This document shows positions 13,490-28,215 of a stretch of DNA of 64,000 bases, piece after piece. How positions within the stretch are numbered: position 1 is the first letter of the stretch; every line of letters starts with the position of its first letter. Position numbers and translations under genes: made by a program. The notes below the pieces were generated by a model that saw nothing but the letters and a program-made list of their open reading frames with translations, was not told where the DNA came from and did not search any database. The stretch spans positions 50,592,001 to 50,656,000 of the forward strand of contig OX597824.1 of the NCBI GenBank assembly GCA_951406725.2, given 5' to 3'. Origin of the DNA: Octopus vulgaris. Taxonomy: Eukaryota.

Positions 13490-14879
13490 TCGTTAGTGTT
13501 TTGTTTGATTAGTGATTTGGAAGTGTATACGCACCTTGTGAGTACCGTTTTTGTTTAACTGTTATTTATTGAATTGTTGATTGATTGTTATCTGTTGAAC
13601 GTGTTGTTACCGTTTTTTAAATTTTTTTCCTCATTTATGGGTGAAGTTGTGAAGAATTGGGAAAGAATACCAGTGCAAGCGGGCAGTTCTGCTGCGGCGA
13701 CTGGCAAAAGCCTGTCAGCGGAGGGACTGCAGGTTACAGAAATTAAATTACAGGAGAAAATGTTTTTAAAATTCAATGATTTATTGAAAAGGGAGAGAGA
13801 TAGCCTGAGGGTGACGCCCCCCTCCCCAAGAAGTAACAGAAAGAACGAAGAAGGTAACAATTGTGTATAGAACATTGGAAATTGTAACAAAAAAGGTGGA
13901 AATAGCAGCGGTGGAGGCGATCGAGGAGTGCCTCAAAGAAATTAAGGACGTAACGATGTTCTACACCAGAAGAAGGAAATACGGCACAGTGGAGGTACGC
14001 TTCGTGAATGAAGAAGAAGCGAGAAAATACTCCACTGTAACTTTGAGATCAGCAGAGTGGGCACCACTACTGACTTACTGTGGCAATCGTGAGGCCAGAG
14101 TAAGAATAGGTAGAGTTCCCCCAGAAATTGATGAGGCGTGGCTGGTGGCAGCCATTCTCGTAGACACAGAGGAAGACACGAAGATAATAAAAATATTTAG
14201 GACTATGGAGGTGAACTGATGAGGGTATGGACAAGAGGTATTGGTCCATATAAGCTTGCCAGACCTCCACAAGATTGCGGAAGAACTGCCGGACGAAGCA
14301 AGGTTGAGAATAGTGGTAGGAGGAAGACCACCTATATGTTTTCTTTGTGGAGTAAGGGGACACATGAAAGCTGAGTGTTCCCAGAAACATGAAGAGGAAG
14401 AGACAGGGAAGGAATACCAGGAAGAAGAGGGTGAAACCGTGAAGGAAGCGATATTGGAGGAGTGATACACAGTGGTAAAATGAAAGAAGACAGGCTCACC
14501 ACTTAAAAGTCCGAGGAAGAAAGCTGTTTTTGGTGGAAAAAGAAAGAGGAGAGAAACTGAAGGAGTTGTTTGGCGAACGAATACAGATGACAGGAATACA
14601 CATTGGCTACGACGAATTGCCGCCGGTGGTGGCCTTCGAAGAGTTAATAGAGTATATGTTATAAGCCAACAGATACAAAACCGATATGAACTGTTCATTT
14701 AAAAACAGCAAAATGGAACTACCTGCTTTTTTTTTGGGGGGGGGTAGTCCATTTCATTCTCATTTTCATTATATCCATAATTCATTCGATATGTGTTTCA
14801 ATGTACCCAATTGTATTATTTTGTCTGTATTTGTGTTGTCCCTTCTCTATTGAGGCCTTGTGCCAAATTTAAAGAAATA
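13490..14879 (+). mobile_element. ORF1-only non-LTR retroelement, copy 2 (internally deleted)
   Basis: Intact CCHC knuckle CFLCGVRGHMKAEC and VRIGRVPPEID; same 5' end (tcgttag) and 3' end (aaagaaata) as the other copies. Confidence 0.8.
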
Positions 14880-14894
14880 AGGACGTTGGTGTTG

Positions 14895-16715
14895 TCGTTA
14901 GCGTTGTATCGAGTCATTTGATTGCCTGCTGCGTTTGAGGTGTGTTCGCTCCATGTGAGTTTTGTCATTGTTACATTGTTATTGTTAAACTGTTATATTA
15001 CTGAATTGTTGGATTTATTGGATTTATAGTTGTCTGAATTTTATTTTCTTCCCCATTTATGGGTGAAGTTGTGGATAATAGTATGGAAAGTAAATCAACA
15101 GCAGCAGACAGTTACGCTGCAGTAACTGGCAAGAGTCTAACAGCATATATACCGCAAATTAGAGAAATTGAACTAAACGAAACTAATTTCAAGAAGTATA
15201 ACGAATTATTGAGAAAGGAAGGAGAAAGCCTAAGGCTGACTCCGCCTAAGGAAGTCATAGAAAAAAAAACAAAAAAAAAAACAACAACTATATATAGAAC
15301 GCTGTTCCTTACAACAAAAAAAGTGGAAATAGCAGCAGTGGAGGCGATTGAAGAATGCTTAAAAGAAGTTAAAGAGCTAACGACATTCTACATTAGAGGA
15401 AAGAAATACGGCACAATGAAGGTACGCTTCGTGAGTGAGGAAGAAGCAATAAAACACGCCACTGTGCCTTTGAGATCAACTGAGTGGGTGCTACTACTAA
15501 CTTACTGTGGCAAACGTGTGGCCACAGTAAGGATTGGTAGAGTGTCCCCAGAAATTGATGAGGCGTAACTGGTGGAAGCCATCCTCTATAATACAGAGGA
15601 CGACACCCAGATATTGAAGACCACAAGGAGGTGAACTGTGGGGATATGGACTGGAGGTATCGATATGGACTGGAGGTATCGGTTCACATAAGCTTACCAG
15701 ACCTCCACAAAATTGCAGAAGAATTGGTACTACCGGATGAGACGAGGTTGAAAATTGTGGTGGAAGGAAGGCCTCCTGTATGCTATCTATGTGGAATAAG
15801 GGGTTACATGAAAGCTAAGTGTCGTCAGAAACACGAAGAGGTGGAGTTAGAGAAGGAACATCATGAAGAAGAGGGTTTAACCGTAGAGGAGGAAAAATGG
15901 AAGAACAGTATACAGTGGTAAAGAGGAAATAACACAGATTCACCACCAAAGAGTCCTAGGAAGAAAAGAAAGGCAAGTGGAGAGGAGATGCAGAGTGGAA
16001 AACATAAAAAAACGAACGAGCAGAGAAAAAATGAAAGGTCAACAAATATAAGTGAGGAGCGAATGCAGAGACCGTTACCATCATCTAGCAAGCAGGAGAG
16101 AGTACAGAAGAAAAAGGAAAATGAAAGAGAGAATGAGAGACATACAGAGATACAGAAGAAGAGATTGGTGAAAGAAAACAGAGAGTGACACCAAAAGGGA
16201 AAAATCTAAGACATATGATATAATACACAAAAAGTGTAGAGATAGAAAAAAAGATTGCAAAGATGAAGAACATATTTAAGAATAAATTGGCGCCCAAGGA
16301 GGACAATGAAAGTATGAAAGCTGTCCTGCTGGAAAGAGAAAGAGGAGAAAGATTGAAGGAGTTGCTTGAGGAAAGGATAGATGTGACAATGGTAGTTTCG
16401 TTACGATGAGTTGGCACCGGTGGTGGCATTCGAAGATATATCAGAATATATGGTGTAAATAGTGATTTTTTTTTAAAAATAAAAGGAAAACCAACAGATG
16501 CAAGAAGGATGTTTAAATGTTAAGTAAAACTTTATTTAAAAACAATAAAACGAAACTACCTGCTTGTTGGGGGCAGGTAAGCCGTTCCATCCTCATTTTT
16601 ATGATTGTATCCATAATTTCATTCGATATGTGTTTCTATGTACCCCATTGTATTGTTTTGTCTGTTTTTGTATTGTCCCATCTTTATAAAGGCCTAGTGC
16701 CTAATAAAAGAAATC
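14895..16715 (+). mobile_element. ORF1-only non-LTR retroelement, copy 3
   Basis: MGEVV...SYAAVTGK...GTMKVRF...GRPPVCYLCGIRGYMKAKC, then a charged C-terminal region and a short 3' UTR; no ORF2. Confidence 0.8.
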
Positions 16716-16820
16716 AGGACGTTGGTGTTGCCTTGGCGAAGGTATGCGCTCTCTGAGTGCTCTTGTTATTATTGTTATGATTATAATTATTGCCTTTGTT
16801 ATTATCATTACTATCTTTAA

Positions 16821-16950
16821 TCTTCTTCTTCTTCTTCTTCTTCTTCTTCTTCTTCTTCTTCTTCTTCTTCTTCTTCTTCTTCTTCTTCTTCTTCTTCTTC
16901 TTCTTCTTCTTCTTCTTCTTCTTCTTCTTCTTCTTCTTCTTCTTCTTCTT

Positions 16951-16980
<30 letters not shown>
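16821..16980 (+). repeat. Perfect (CTT)n tract of about 160 bp
   Basis: Directly visible. Confidence 0.97.
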
Positions 16981-16981
<1 letters not shown>

Positions 16982-17020
16982 AGGTGTTATTATTACTGTA
17001 GTGAGCTGACAATTATCCAT

Positions 17021-17057
<37 letters not shown>

Positions 17058-17178
17058 ATAACAAAGTCACTTTGATCCGTGTAGGAGAGGTGCAGCCAGA
17101 GGGTAGGTGTCTGTCGAGGAAAGGTAAGGGTTGGTAGTGGTAGAATATAGGCTCAAAGTGAGACCACGTGAGCGTGTG

Positions 17179-17560
17179 ATATATAAAGGGAAAGTTTACG
17201 AAAATAAACAAAAGACAAAGGTAGGTGGAGTACAAACAAACAAATTTATTAGTATAGCGCTCAGGAATAGAAAAAGTCTTTTACGTTTCGAGCCTACGCT
17301 CTTCGACAGAAAGATACACAGAAAAAAACAAGGAGAGAAAAAAATACGTGTAGGAGCTAACGATCTATCATGGCGTCCTGATAAATCGTTAGCTCCTACA
17401 CGTATTTTTTTCTCTCCTTGTTTTTTTCTGTGTATCTTTCTGTCGAAGAGCGTAGGCTCGAAACGTAAAAGACTTTTTCTATTCCTGAGCGCTATACTAA
17501 TACATTTGTTTGATTTTACTCCACCTGCCTTTGTCTTTTGTTTATTTTCGTAAACTTTCC

Positions 17561-17570
<10 letters not shown>
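17179..17570. mobile_element. Fold-back pair of PLE 3'-terminal (pLTR) sequences, each with a hammerhead-like motif (17277-17314 minus; 17435-17472 plus)
   Basis: Arms 17179-17370 and 17379-17570 are near-perfect reverse complements and match the 3' end of the PLE at 26120-26335. Motif: tcttt-CTGTCGA-a-gagc(gtag)gctc-GAAA-cg-TA-aaaga. Confidence 0.85.
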
Positions 17571-17612
<42 letters not shown>

Positions 17613-18013
17613 TAAATATAGCTCAGAGGCGAAAAAGAAAGATAGAGGAAAAAAGAAGGAAAGAAGAGGAAAAAGAAAGGAAAATAAAAAATAAAAAAAG
17701 AGGATTAGAGAGAAAGAAAGGAAAAAGGTTTTCAGTGATGTCCACACCGCTCCTGTTTTTTTTTTGTTTCTGAAGAGGTCACCATCCTTAAACCCATTCC
17801 CATACAATGGTAAATGACTAAATAAATAAATGAATGGTGAATAGGAAGGGGGATCCCCGTCCCTCTCTCCCTCTCTCTCTCTCCCTCTCTTTCTATCTAT
17901 CTATCTAACAGTGAACAAGCTGTTTGCGCATTCACAAAATTTTATTTGACAAAGCGTTAATAGTAATGAAGAAATAAAAAGACTTTTTCCGAAAAATTCC
18001 GACGACTTTTTCT

Positions 18014-18055
<42 letters not shown>

Positions 18056-18067
18056 AATCTCTGAACG

Positions 18068-18123
<56 letters not shown>

Positions 18124-18852
18124 ACAAAACAAAACATTGAACAAAAACATAACAGGCGACAAGACATACGGACACTTAGACGATACAAAAAAAAAGACAG
18201 GAAAAACAAGTAAGGGTCATTCGGAGCTTTCAATCTTCAGTCGGGTACCAGATCGTCCAAGTAGTTTCGGCCAGTTACTCTCGAGACTGCTCTAATCTGG
18301 CCAATCCTAAGAAAATCTTCTTTGGAAGAAAGCAAGCGAATCTAATTTGGCCGGTCCTAAGAAAATCTTTGGAAGAAAGCAAGCGAACGTATACAAAAAC
18401 AAGGACAAAAAAAACCGGAGAAATGGTACACAATTACAAATACAAACAACAAGACATTAACAACTGGTGTGTTTCGACTAAGGACGAATTAAATTGAGCT
18501 GGTGTGTATAGAAGTGAAGCCTTACGGCAGGAACATGGATAATGAGTCATGGGAAGGAATATAAGAGATACTACACGGTTGGTAGTCGAACCTAGAAAGA
18601 ACGGTCAGGCTTGGCCGAACACCGGTCACATGGAAGGAGAGGAGAGAGGTAGGGGTAGAGGGATTGAAAAATTAGGGAGGGACGAGAAAGAGAAAAAAGG
18701 AAAGGGACAGAGTGAGGTAAAGGAGGAGGGAAAATGATGAGAATGAAAGGAAGGGCAAGAAATGTGAGAGAGGGTGGAAGCGAAAAAAAGTAAAGTGGAA
18801 GAAACGAAGAAAGCCTGAAAGGGGATAAAGGAAAGATTAAGAATCGTACAGA

Positions 18853-20045
<1,193 letters not shown>

Positions 20046-23000
20046 ACATACGGGAGACCAAATATGTACGTAAGTACCTGTATATATAGGTGCAGACGTG
20101 GCTGTGTGATGAGAAGTTTTCTTCTCAACCATATGGTTCTGAATTCAGTCCCACTGCGTGGCACCTTGGGTGGGTGTCCTTGGGCCGACCAAAGCCTCGT
20201 GAATCGATTTGGTAGACGGAAACTGAAGGAAGCCAGTCACATGTTTTCATATGTGTGTGTGTGTGTGTGTGTGCGTGCGTGTGTGTGTGTCTGTGTGTGT
20301 TTGTATGTATGTGTTCGTATGTGTGTGTGTTTGAGTGTGCGTGTGTGTTTGAATGGGTGTATGTGTTTGAGTGTGTTTGTTTGTGTCTCTGTCTCTCACC
20401 ACCGCTTGACACCCGGTGTTGGTGAATTTATCAACTCTGATGAATTAGATGTCAAAGATGTTCCGACATCAACGATCCTGTCCTTCAATTTTAAATTATT
20501 AAAAGACAAAGGAATATGATGGGGAAAAAAATTCTACAGATCGAATGACAAGGTAGAGACTTCACCAGTTCTACCTATTTTCGAAAAGGTTGACTAGGTT
20601 CTAGAGAATTAATAGTATTGGCCAGAAGTGTAATGGTGCCGAGATTGTATTTGAACTGCCAATAATTCAGCTGGTTATACTGCTCATTATCGATAAAGTA
20701 ATACTATTGTTTTCTGAATGATTATTGACTTTGCAGTAATTAACTAGCAGACACCATGCACGCTATAAAACATTTATTTCGTTTGTTTTATGAGCAGAGT
20801 TGATTTCGTGTCTCAAGCTTTCATTTGATTAATACTAATGCTCTACTGGAACCAAGTCAAACCACACTTTCCATTTCATTTTTTTTTTGTAAAAAAAGGA
20901 TTGTATTATCATAAGAAGTCTTAACAATAATTATATTTCTACCATTGTCTCTCCCCCATTACATACAAATATACATATATACATACATGCTTATATGCAC
21001 ACTCATACACACTTGCATACTCACACATTTACACACTCACACACTCTCACATTTACACATACTGGGACAAAACATTTGCAAACCACTTAAATGCCAGATC
21101 AGAGTTCTTTCCTGAATGTCGCCGCATAAACAAGTATCTCCTAAACCACTGCGAGATCATACTACTACATGACTGAACGGTTCCATACTTAAATTTTACC
21201 AGGAACAATAATACGCTCTCTCCATTTCTCTTTTCTGTCTTAGCCCATTACATTCACAACTGATCTCACTATACCTTTCCTTAATAATACACTCTTTGAT
21301 ATTTTAGACTGTTAATCTTTCCATGCCCATTTCTATGTAGTAGAATCAGGAGCAATCACAATTTCTTTTTCCTTTCAGTTTTAACTCACAAATTGACATT
21401 CCTGATCTCAATATCCTGTATAATAACACATTCTACGATGCAGTAAGCTTTTAAAGGTAATTTCCCCACTTTCCATCTAGCACACCCATTCTCCCACTTT
21501 TCTCCTCTTCACTTTGTTATACCTTGAAGACTTCCTCTTTCTATGTTTTTCTCTATATATAACTACCAAAGAGAAATAGTTGGCTATTAAACATGATTAA
21601 ATGCACCTCATTATGACCCTTTTTAACTATTCTTTTACTGTTAAAGCCATATTGGGAACAGCCAAAGATTTTATGCAGTGGTTGAGTTTATCATCTTGTG
21701 TCTGTTGGTAATAGCCTAGCACGAACACTTTAGTGACACTGCTTTAATAATGATGGACTATATCAATATATATATATGAGATATAAAGAAGAACTTTTGT
21801 TTGTGACATATTTTGTTGAAGACACTACAGTGCTGGAGAGTAATCCCTTTTACCAATGACTTTTCGTATTCCTCAATATTTATTTATGTTTTGATGTGAA
21901 CAACAATGTTTCTAAATCAGTTAACATTCCTAAACCTTCAAGGCCTTATCTTCCAGAGGACTTGTTTGTGGATATTTTATTGAATTTATTGTGTCCCCCC
22001 ATCAAAAAATAAAAAATCCACAAGAATTAATTTGTAGATGCTGTTGATTAACTCTCATGTCAGCCTACATTGAGCAGATCTATGATCAAAGTATTCCAGC
22101 TACAACCACTCCACTTTTTCTGATGTATTATATGAAGGACTACATTATCCCATCTGTACTTTATATTAAAATAGTCCCATTACTTACCAGGTACTTATTT
22201 TATTAATCCGAGATGGATATAAGGCACCGCCGACGTCCGTGGATTTGAACACAGAATTTATTGAGTCAAGTCATTTAGCCCGTTCCCCAATTATTCCTGA
22301 TATACATTGTCTTGATATTATTAATTATCGAGTTCTTACATTGGCAGAAATTAACAATAATGTAAGGGCATGCGATAAGTTGAACCGACTCCACTAAATA
22401 ACCTCAGTACCTTTATTGACTTCAGGAGAGAGGGATGGCAAAAGAAATAGCTATAACTCATAAATAGGTCGTAACCTTCCCAATTCTGTAATGCGTCTTT
22501 AAGTTCCTATTTACCAATTTAACATTCACATTTAATAATTAACACTTATTCAATAAATAAATGTTTACAAAATAACTCTACGCTTATAGAAAATGTTATA
22601 AAACTTCAAATGTGACGTGTCTTGCAGCACCTAAATATTTTGGAATATCATCAAATATAATTTTGACCTAGTTAAATTCGTGTAAAAACAGCTTAGTGAA
22701 GAGTTGGTTACCACGTAATTTATCTTGCGTTCCTACATCGAGTTCTAATTCACACATGAAAGAATAAACTCAGGGTAAGTTAACAAAACATTAATCTTAC
22801 AATGTTAATCTTGTAGTCTACAACAGCCAGCGGTTCGTGTATTATAGGTAGATAGTGGGTAAACTATTAAGTTCAAGAAGTGTAAATATAGTGAGTGAGG
22901 CAGATATACAAATATATGAAATAGTAGAGACCCTCTCTATGGTCAAACTGCTAGTTGTATGTGTTTATTTATGCACACATACAAAGGTATAGGAGTACTC

Positions 23001-23881
23001 AACATCAAATATATATTTTCGCTTGTATTTGTTGAGTATAGTAATTTGTTGTATATTATCTTATCTGTCGCGCTGTTATTTTCACGTTATAAATTTAACA
23101 GCGGCCATGTCACAGTTTCGGTTATATATAGCCGTCTAAGAAGGCATGAGTCAGAAGAAATATGCTCTCGTGTATTTTTCAAGAGAGGGTACATTAATCG
23201 GAGTAGACAGTACTATATATATCCATTACAACCTCGTGTAAAACCGTACACTTCGATTTATATATGTGTCTGTATGTTTGAATATGTGTGCGTGCGCGTG
23301 CGTATTCAAATAAAGTTGGCAATCGAAAACTTCAGGTGAGTAAGGCGGGGCTGTGTCAAAGATGTTGCATGTAATACTGGCGAAATCCTTTCCTTGCTAA
23401 GATGAAGAGTGACAGGAAGGTGGAGTTGTGGAGTTTTCTCTTGACACCTTGCAGTATCCATCGACAGGAAAGCTTATCTTCCCTACTACTGTCATCAAAG
23501 ATGCACCCTATTCAAGTCCTTTAAACCATTTTCGGCTGATAACCGGAAAGATCACCCTTACGCTTGTAGATCCATGCATAATTACTTTTTTACAGGGCAT
23601 ACTCACCTTGCTTGCCCAAATTAAGGTTATTCCTTCAACATGCTAATGACCTATAATCAAACAGCTAAAATTACACCTGGCAGTCATGCCTACGTGGAGA
23701 CTCATATTCAACCTAACATCACCGAACCGTCGTATGTTACATATAGAGAGAATAATGCTATGTTCACAAATACTGCAAGAATGTTGATCTTGTGCACCAG
23801 GTTGGCCAAGGAAAATAATCCCATGTAGCACTTTGCGTACAAAGCTGTTGTCCCTATATAATGTCTATTCTATTCTACCTA

Positions 23882-24070
23882 CGAGGGGATGCTGAAAAGT
23901 TCCCGGCTTTAAGGATATCGCGACAGACCTGGTTGGAGGCCCAACCTTCTGAGTTGGGATATAAGTGCGTGAATGTGAGAGGGGAATATATTGAATAAAA
24001 TAACAATTAACTGATCGTCCTGTATTTCTTTATTTAATCCAAAGCTAGGAACTTTTTAGCGCCCCCCTCG
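23882..24070. mobile_element. Mariner-derived MITE
   Basis: TIRs cgaggggatgctgaaaagttcccggcttt / aaagctaggaactttttagcgcccccctcg with TA on both sides; related copy at ~44666-44890. Confidence 0.85.
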
Positions 24071-24394
24071 TATGATAATATGAATCTCCGACATTTCTTT
24101 ATCATCTACAGCTAATATTTAGTACATTGAAGGTTGGTGTAATCATGGTAAGAGAGAATTTCAGTTGTTCAAACTATGATTAAAAAAAGAAAAATGTAAC
24201 GATGAATTGTCTTCTGCATTAAATCTTACGAAAAAAACTTAGTGTCACGAAAATGATAAGTAGCTTCTTTCAGCGTATCAATTGGAGTGGGAGGGCTTTG
24301 CCGTAGCGGCTAAAACAGTCGTCTGGATTACGACATATACGTCATAAACATACGTACATACATATATTCACACGCACACACATACACAAAAATG

Positions 24395-26335
24395 TAACTC
24401 TCCCAACATCTAGATTCCTTCCTCTCTTTCGTTCAATCCTTCCATCCTGCCCTCCACTTCACCTCCACTATCTCCAACACCTCTGTCTCCTTCCTCGACA
24501 TTTCGGTCAGCATTCATCACTCCACTCTTACCACCTCCATTCACTACAAACACACAGACTCACACTCATACCTAAACTTCTCTTCCTCCCACCCCAAACA
24601 CACCAAGCTTTCCATTCCCAATTCCTCCGTCTACGTAGGCTCTGTAGTGACGACCATGACTTTGAGACTCAGTCTCAACTCATGGCTCGCCACTTCATCT
24701 TACGTGGATACCCCCTCACCACTATCCACACCGCCCTTGCCAGAGCACGTTCCGTAGACCGTGTATCTACTCTCTCCCCCCGAACCCGCCCTGTAGTCTC
24801 CTGCCTCCCTTTTCCCCCCACTTACCACCCCACGACCCTACCTCTCCAATGCACCATTCTTCGAGCTTTCCGGCATCTCCAGTTCGACCTGTCCACACTT
24901 CACACCTCTTCCCTAACCGACCCCTCCCCTCCTTCAAACGAGCCCATAACCTACGAGACCTCTTGGTCCACAGCTCCTTCCCTGACCCTAACTCCCAACC
25001 TGGCTCGTTCCCCTGCTCCCGCCCACGTTGCCGCACTTGCCCTTACCTCTCCAACACCAACCTCCTCACTGGCACCCATCATCGACCCTATCGCATCATC
25101 AACTCCTTCACCTGCACCTCCAGCAATATCATCTATTGCATCTCCTGCTCTCTCTGCCATTCCCTATACATCGGACAAACGGGACGCCGCTTGGCTGACC
25201 GGCTCGCGGATCACCTCCGTGACATCCGCCTTGCCAACGACACACCGGTCTCACGCCATTTCCGCTCCACCGGTCACTCCTTGCAACACCTGTCTGTGTT
25301 CGGATTGTCCTTGCACAGAGGCCATCCGGATCCCCGTTTGCGCCGTGAACAAGAATTAATCTTCTCTCTTCGCTCTTTCACGCCATTCGGTCTCAACTCT
25401 CCCCCATTCTCATCTAACCTCCCCCCTATCATCTAACCTCCCCCGACTCCTACTTCTCTTCAGTCCTTCATCTTTTCACCTCTACTCTCTTTCCCTCCTC
25501 TTCTTTCCTCTTTCTTCATCCCTCTTCCTCTTCGCTCTTTCTCTCTGCTCCCTCACTCCTCTTCTCTCCCCTCCCCCTCCCCTCCTTTCCCCTTCTCTCC
25601 TTTCCTCTCCCCTCCTCTTCTCCTCTCCTTCCTTCCCCCTCTCACCCTCCCCTTCCCTTCCCTCTCCTCTCCTTCCTTCTTTCCCCCCACCCCCTGATCT
25701 CATCTCATCTCTCCCCTCCCCTTCATCTCTCCTCCCTCTTCATCCCCTCTCCCCCTCATCTCCTCTCCTTCCCTCATCTCTCTTCCCTCCTCCACTCCTC
25801 CCTCTCTCTTCTTTCCCTCTTTCACTCTCCCCACAACCCCCACTCTACCCCAACCCCCAGCCGAACCCACACCCCACATGGGCTTTCCCCACCTCCCACC
25901 ACACTACACCATACGACACTACACTACACCATACGACATTACACATCACATCATACATACATACACACGTCCAGACCTTTCATACGCACATACATAGTCT
26001 CTCATACACAAACGCACCCTTATGTTGGGGCGAGGTCATTTGACCTTGTTATCTCCCCTACTATCCCTCTTGCGTCTAACGTCTGATCTCTGACTTCTGG
26101 CCGAAATCAGACCGCCATGTTAAATCGTTAGCTCCTGCACGCATTTTTTTCTCTCCTTGTTTCTCTCCTTGTTTCTCTCGGTGTTTCTTTTCTGTGTATC
26201 TTTCTGTTGAAGAGCGTGGGCTCGAAACGTAAAAGACTTGTTTTATTTCTATTCCTGAGCGCCATACTAATACAATTGTTTGTTTGTACTCCACCTGCCT
26301 TCGTCTTTTGTTTATTTTCGTAAGCTTCCCGTTAT
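24395..26335 (+). mobile_element. 5'-truncated Penelope-like element (Cys-linker, Neptune-like): RT thumb, GIY-YIG, pyrimidine-rich 3' UTR, terminal repeat with hammerhead-like motif (26199-26236)
   Basis: FHPALHFT...VSFLD...YKHTDSHSYLNFSSSHP (RT C-terminus) and CSRPRCRTC...NIIYCISCSLCHSLYIGQTGRRLADRLADH (GIY-YIG); frameshifted. Confidence 0.9.
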
Positions 26336-26827
26336 GTAGGTAGGTAGCTAGGTAAGTAGCTAGGTGGGTGGGTAGGTAAGTAGGTATCTAGGTATGTGTG
26401 TATGCATCTATGTATGTTGTATATGTGTGTATGTTTGAGTATGTATAAATCAACATCTATCAGTATAAAAATGTGTGTGTGTGTAGCTGTATTAAATCTC
26501 TGCGATTTAATATAGCTTATTTCTCCTTTTTCGAGATCAGCGAAATTTTGTCACTGGAAAAAGCATATAGTATTTTGCGAGTGGGGAGAGTTTTCATCAC
26601 CAGCTGGTGATTAACACACGTTGAGGACGGGTACACACCCCAGAAACTCGAGTCCCTGTGTATCACTTAAGGCTAGGGATGGGAGCAATGACCTCCCTTT
26701 GCAAATACTAATCGGACCCAGAATGTGTGTCATTAGCCAGCTAGAAGAGATGTCTTCCTGTGTCTATAAACATCTGTAGCACTGTCTCGTATAGGATGCC
26801 ACACTTGTTTGGCAATTATATGTTACG

Positions 26828-26873
<46 letters not shown>

Positions 26874-27083
26874 TTACACCAAACATATATCTATGTATGT
26901 GCGTGTATGTATATATTATTTATATCTATCAATCTCTTTCAAATTTTCTAACTACGTATGTTTATGTATGTATGTATGTATGTATGTATGTATGTATGTA
27001 TGTATGTATGTATGTATGTATGTGTGTATGTATGTATGTATGTATGTATGTATCTATCTATCTATCTATCTATCGATCTATCT

Positions 27084-28215
27084 ACGAGGGGGTGCCCAAA
27101 AGAAACCGAAATTTTGCAATGTTATTTTATTCACTTAGTTTTACATGTTTACACTTTTATCGCCTTCAAAGTATTCTCCATTTGAAGCAATGCATCAGCC
27201 CAGAGGCGTTTTCCACTATTCGAAGTAGTATTAGAACTCTTGCGAAATGATGCCTTTTAATGCCTCCGTCGGTTTTTTTTTTTTTTTCATATCTTCCACA
27301 TCTGCAAATTCCGTAGCAACAGCTTTCGTCAAAATAGGTTAAAATTAACCGAACAACAGTCTGAAAAATTGTCAATAAATTTCAAGAGACTGATTCCACC
27401 ACTGATCGACCTAACTTGGCCGAAAAGGAAGTGTGCAAACCCCTCAGCTTATGAAAAGCACCAAAGAAAAGATATGGCGAAAACCTCTTCGTTCCGTCAG
27501 AAAACTGGCTGCCACAGCAAAAATAAGCCGAGCATCGATGTATCAAGTGCTGAAGGAGGATCTCAGGATCTACTCCTACAAGATGATCCTCTGTCATGAG
27601 CTCACGTAAGTTTATAAGGCCATGAGACTGGAGAGAATTGCTGAAGGCACACTGCCCAACATGGTGTTCACTGATGAAAAGAAAAATGACATCGAACACA
27701 AAGTAAACCAACAGAACGGTCAATTTTGGAGTGTATCTAGCTCCGTCGAGGGTAGAATCGTAAATCGACCTCAAAAATCCACAGTCATTTATGGTTTGGG
27801 CAGCTGTGACAACCACTGGAAGGTCACCCATCGATTTTGTGCCCTCAAATGGTAAAACTAACACGACACATTAGCGACATTCTGGAAGCTGAAAGGCTTC
27901 CATGGGCGAATGAGCACTCGGTACCATCCCACAGCTCCAAACAGACAGCATTGGAATCAGAAAAACATTCTGTCGTTTATAGGCAAGGATGTAGTGCCCT
28001 CAAGAAGACTCATTCCGAACCCGTTGGAGTTTTCTATTTGGTCCATTTTGGAGATGAGGGTCTCGAGCACTTCTCATGCTTCGCTCGACGCTCTGAAGGC
28101 AAAACTGCACCAGGAGTGGGCTTCGATTCTGCAAGAACAGCTGCGTGCCACGTGTGAATCGTTCTCACCTAGACTTAAGTCTGTAATTCGAGACAGAGAT
28201 GGTCATATTGAATAA
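27084..28215 (+). mobile_element. Tc1/mariner-superfamily fossils: mariner end fragment (~27084-27330) plus degenerate maT/Tc1-like transposase (~27400-28215)
   Basis: TA+cgagggggtgcccaaaag TIR-like start; MVFTDEKK, NPLEFSIWSILE and LKSVIRDRDGHIE motifs. Confidence 0.75.

Larger units (their letters stand above)
10894..16767 (+). mobile_element. Helentron-associated (HINE/DINE-1-like) non-autonomous element, split by nested insertions (host parts ~10894-11755 and 16716-16767)
   Basis: 5' 'cacctccgccttagcgaagg', 3' subterminal inverted repeat 'ccttggcgaaggt', 3' hairpin gcgctc-tct-gagtgc, end CTTGTT. Sits in (ATT)n. An uninterrupted relative lies at 28477-28827 (minus). Confidence 0.7.

Noticed and set aside
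11741-16730. CRISPR-like or host tandem gene array reading of the 15-bp repeats
   Set aside because: The spacers are 1.4-1.8 kb homologous units in eukaryotic DNA, all ORFs are disrupted, and the empty site exists; TSDs explain the pattern better.
18200-18540. Possible degenerate hammerheads on the minus strand and a ~50-bp tandem duplication
   Set aside because: Core and stems are too eroded to support a call; probably an old PLE terminal region.
20520-22900. AT-rich stretch possibly derived from old LINEs
   Set aside because: No motif could be read with confidence by eye; left unannotated.
23100-23155. Minus-strand ggct(atatat)aacc-GAAAC motif
   Set aside because: No CUGANGA core and no convincing stem I.
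24682-25359. 225-aa Pro/Ser/Thr-rich ORF as a host gene
   Set aside because: It is the frameshifted continuation of the PLE ORF in C-rich sequence.
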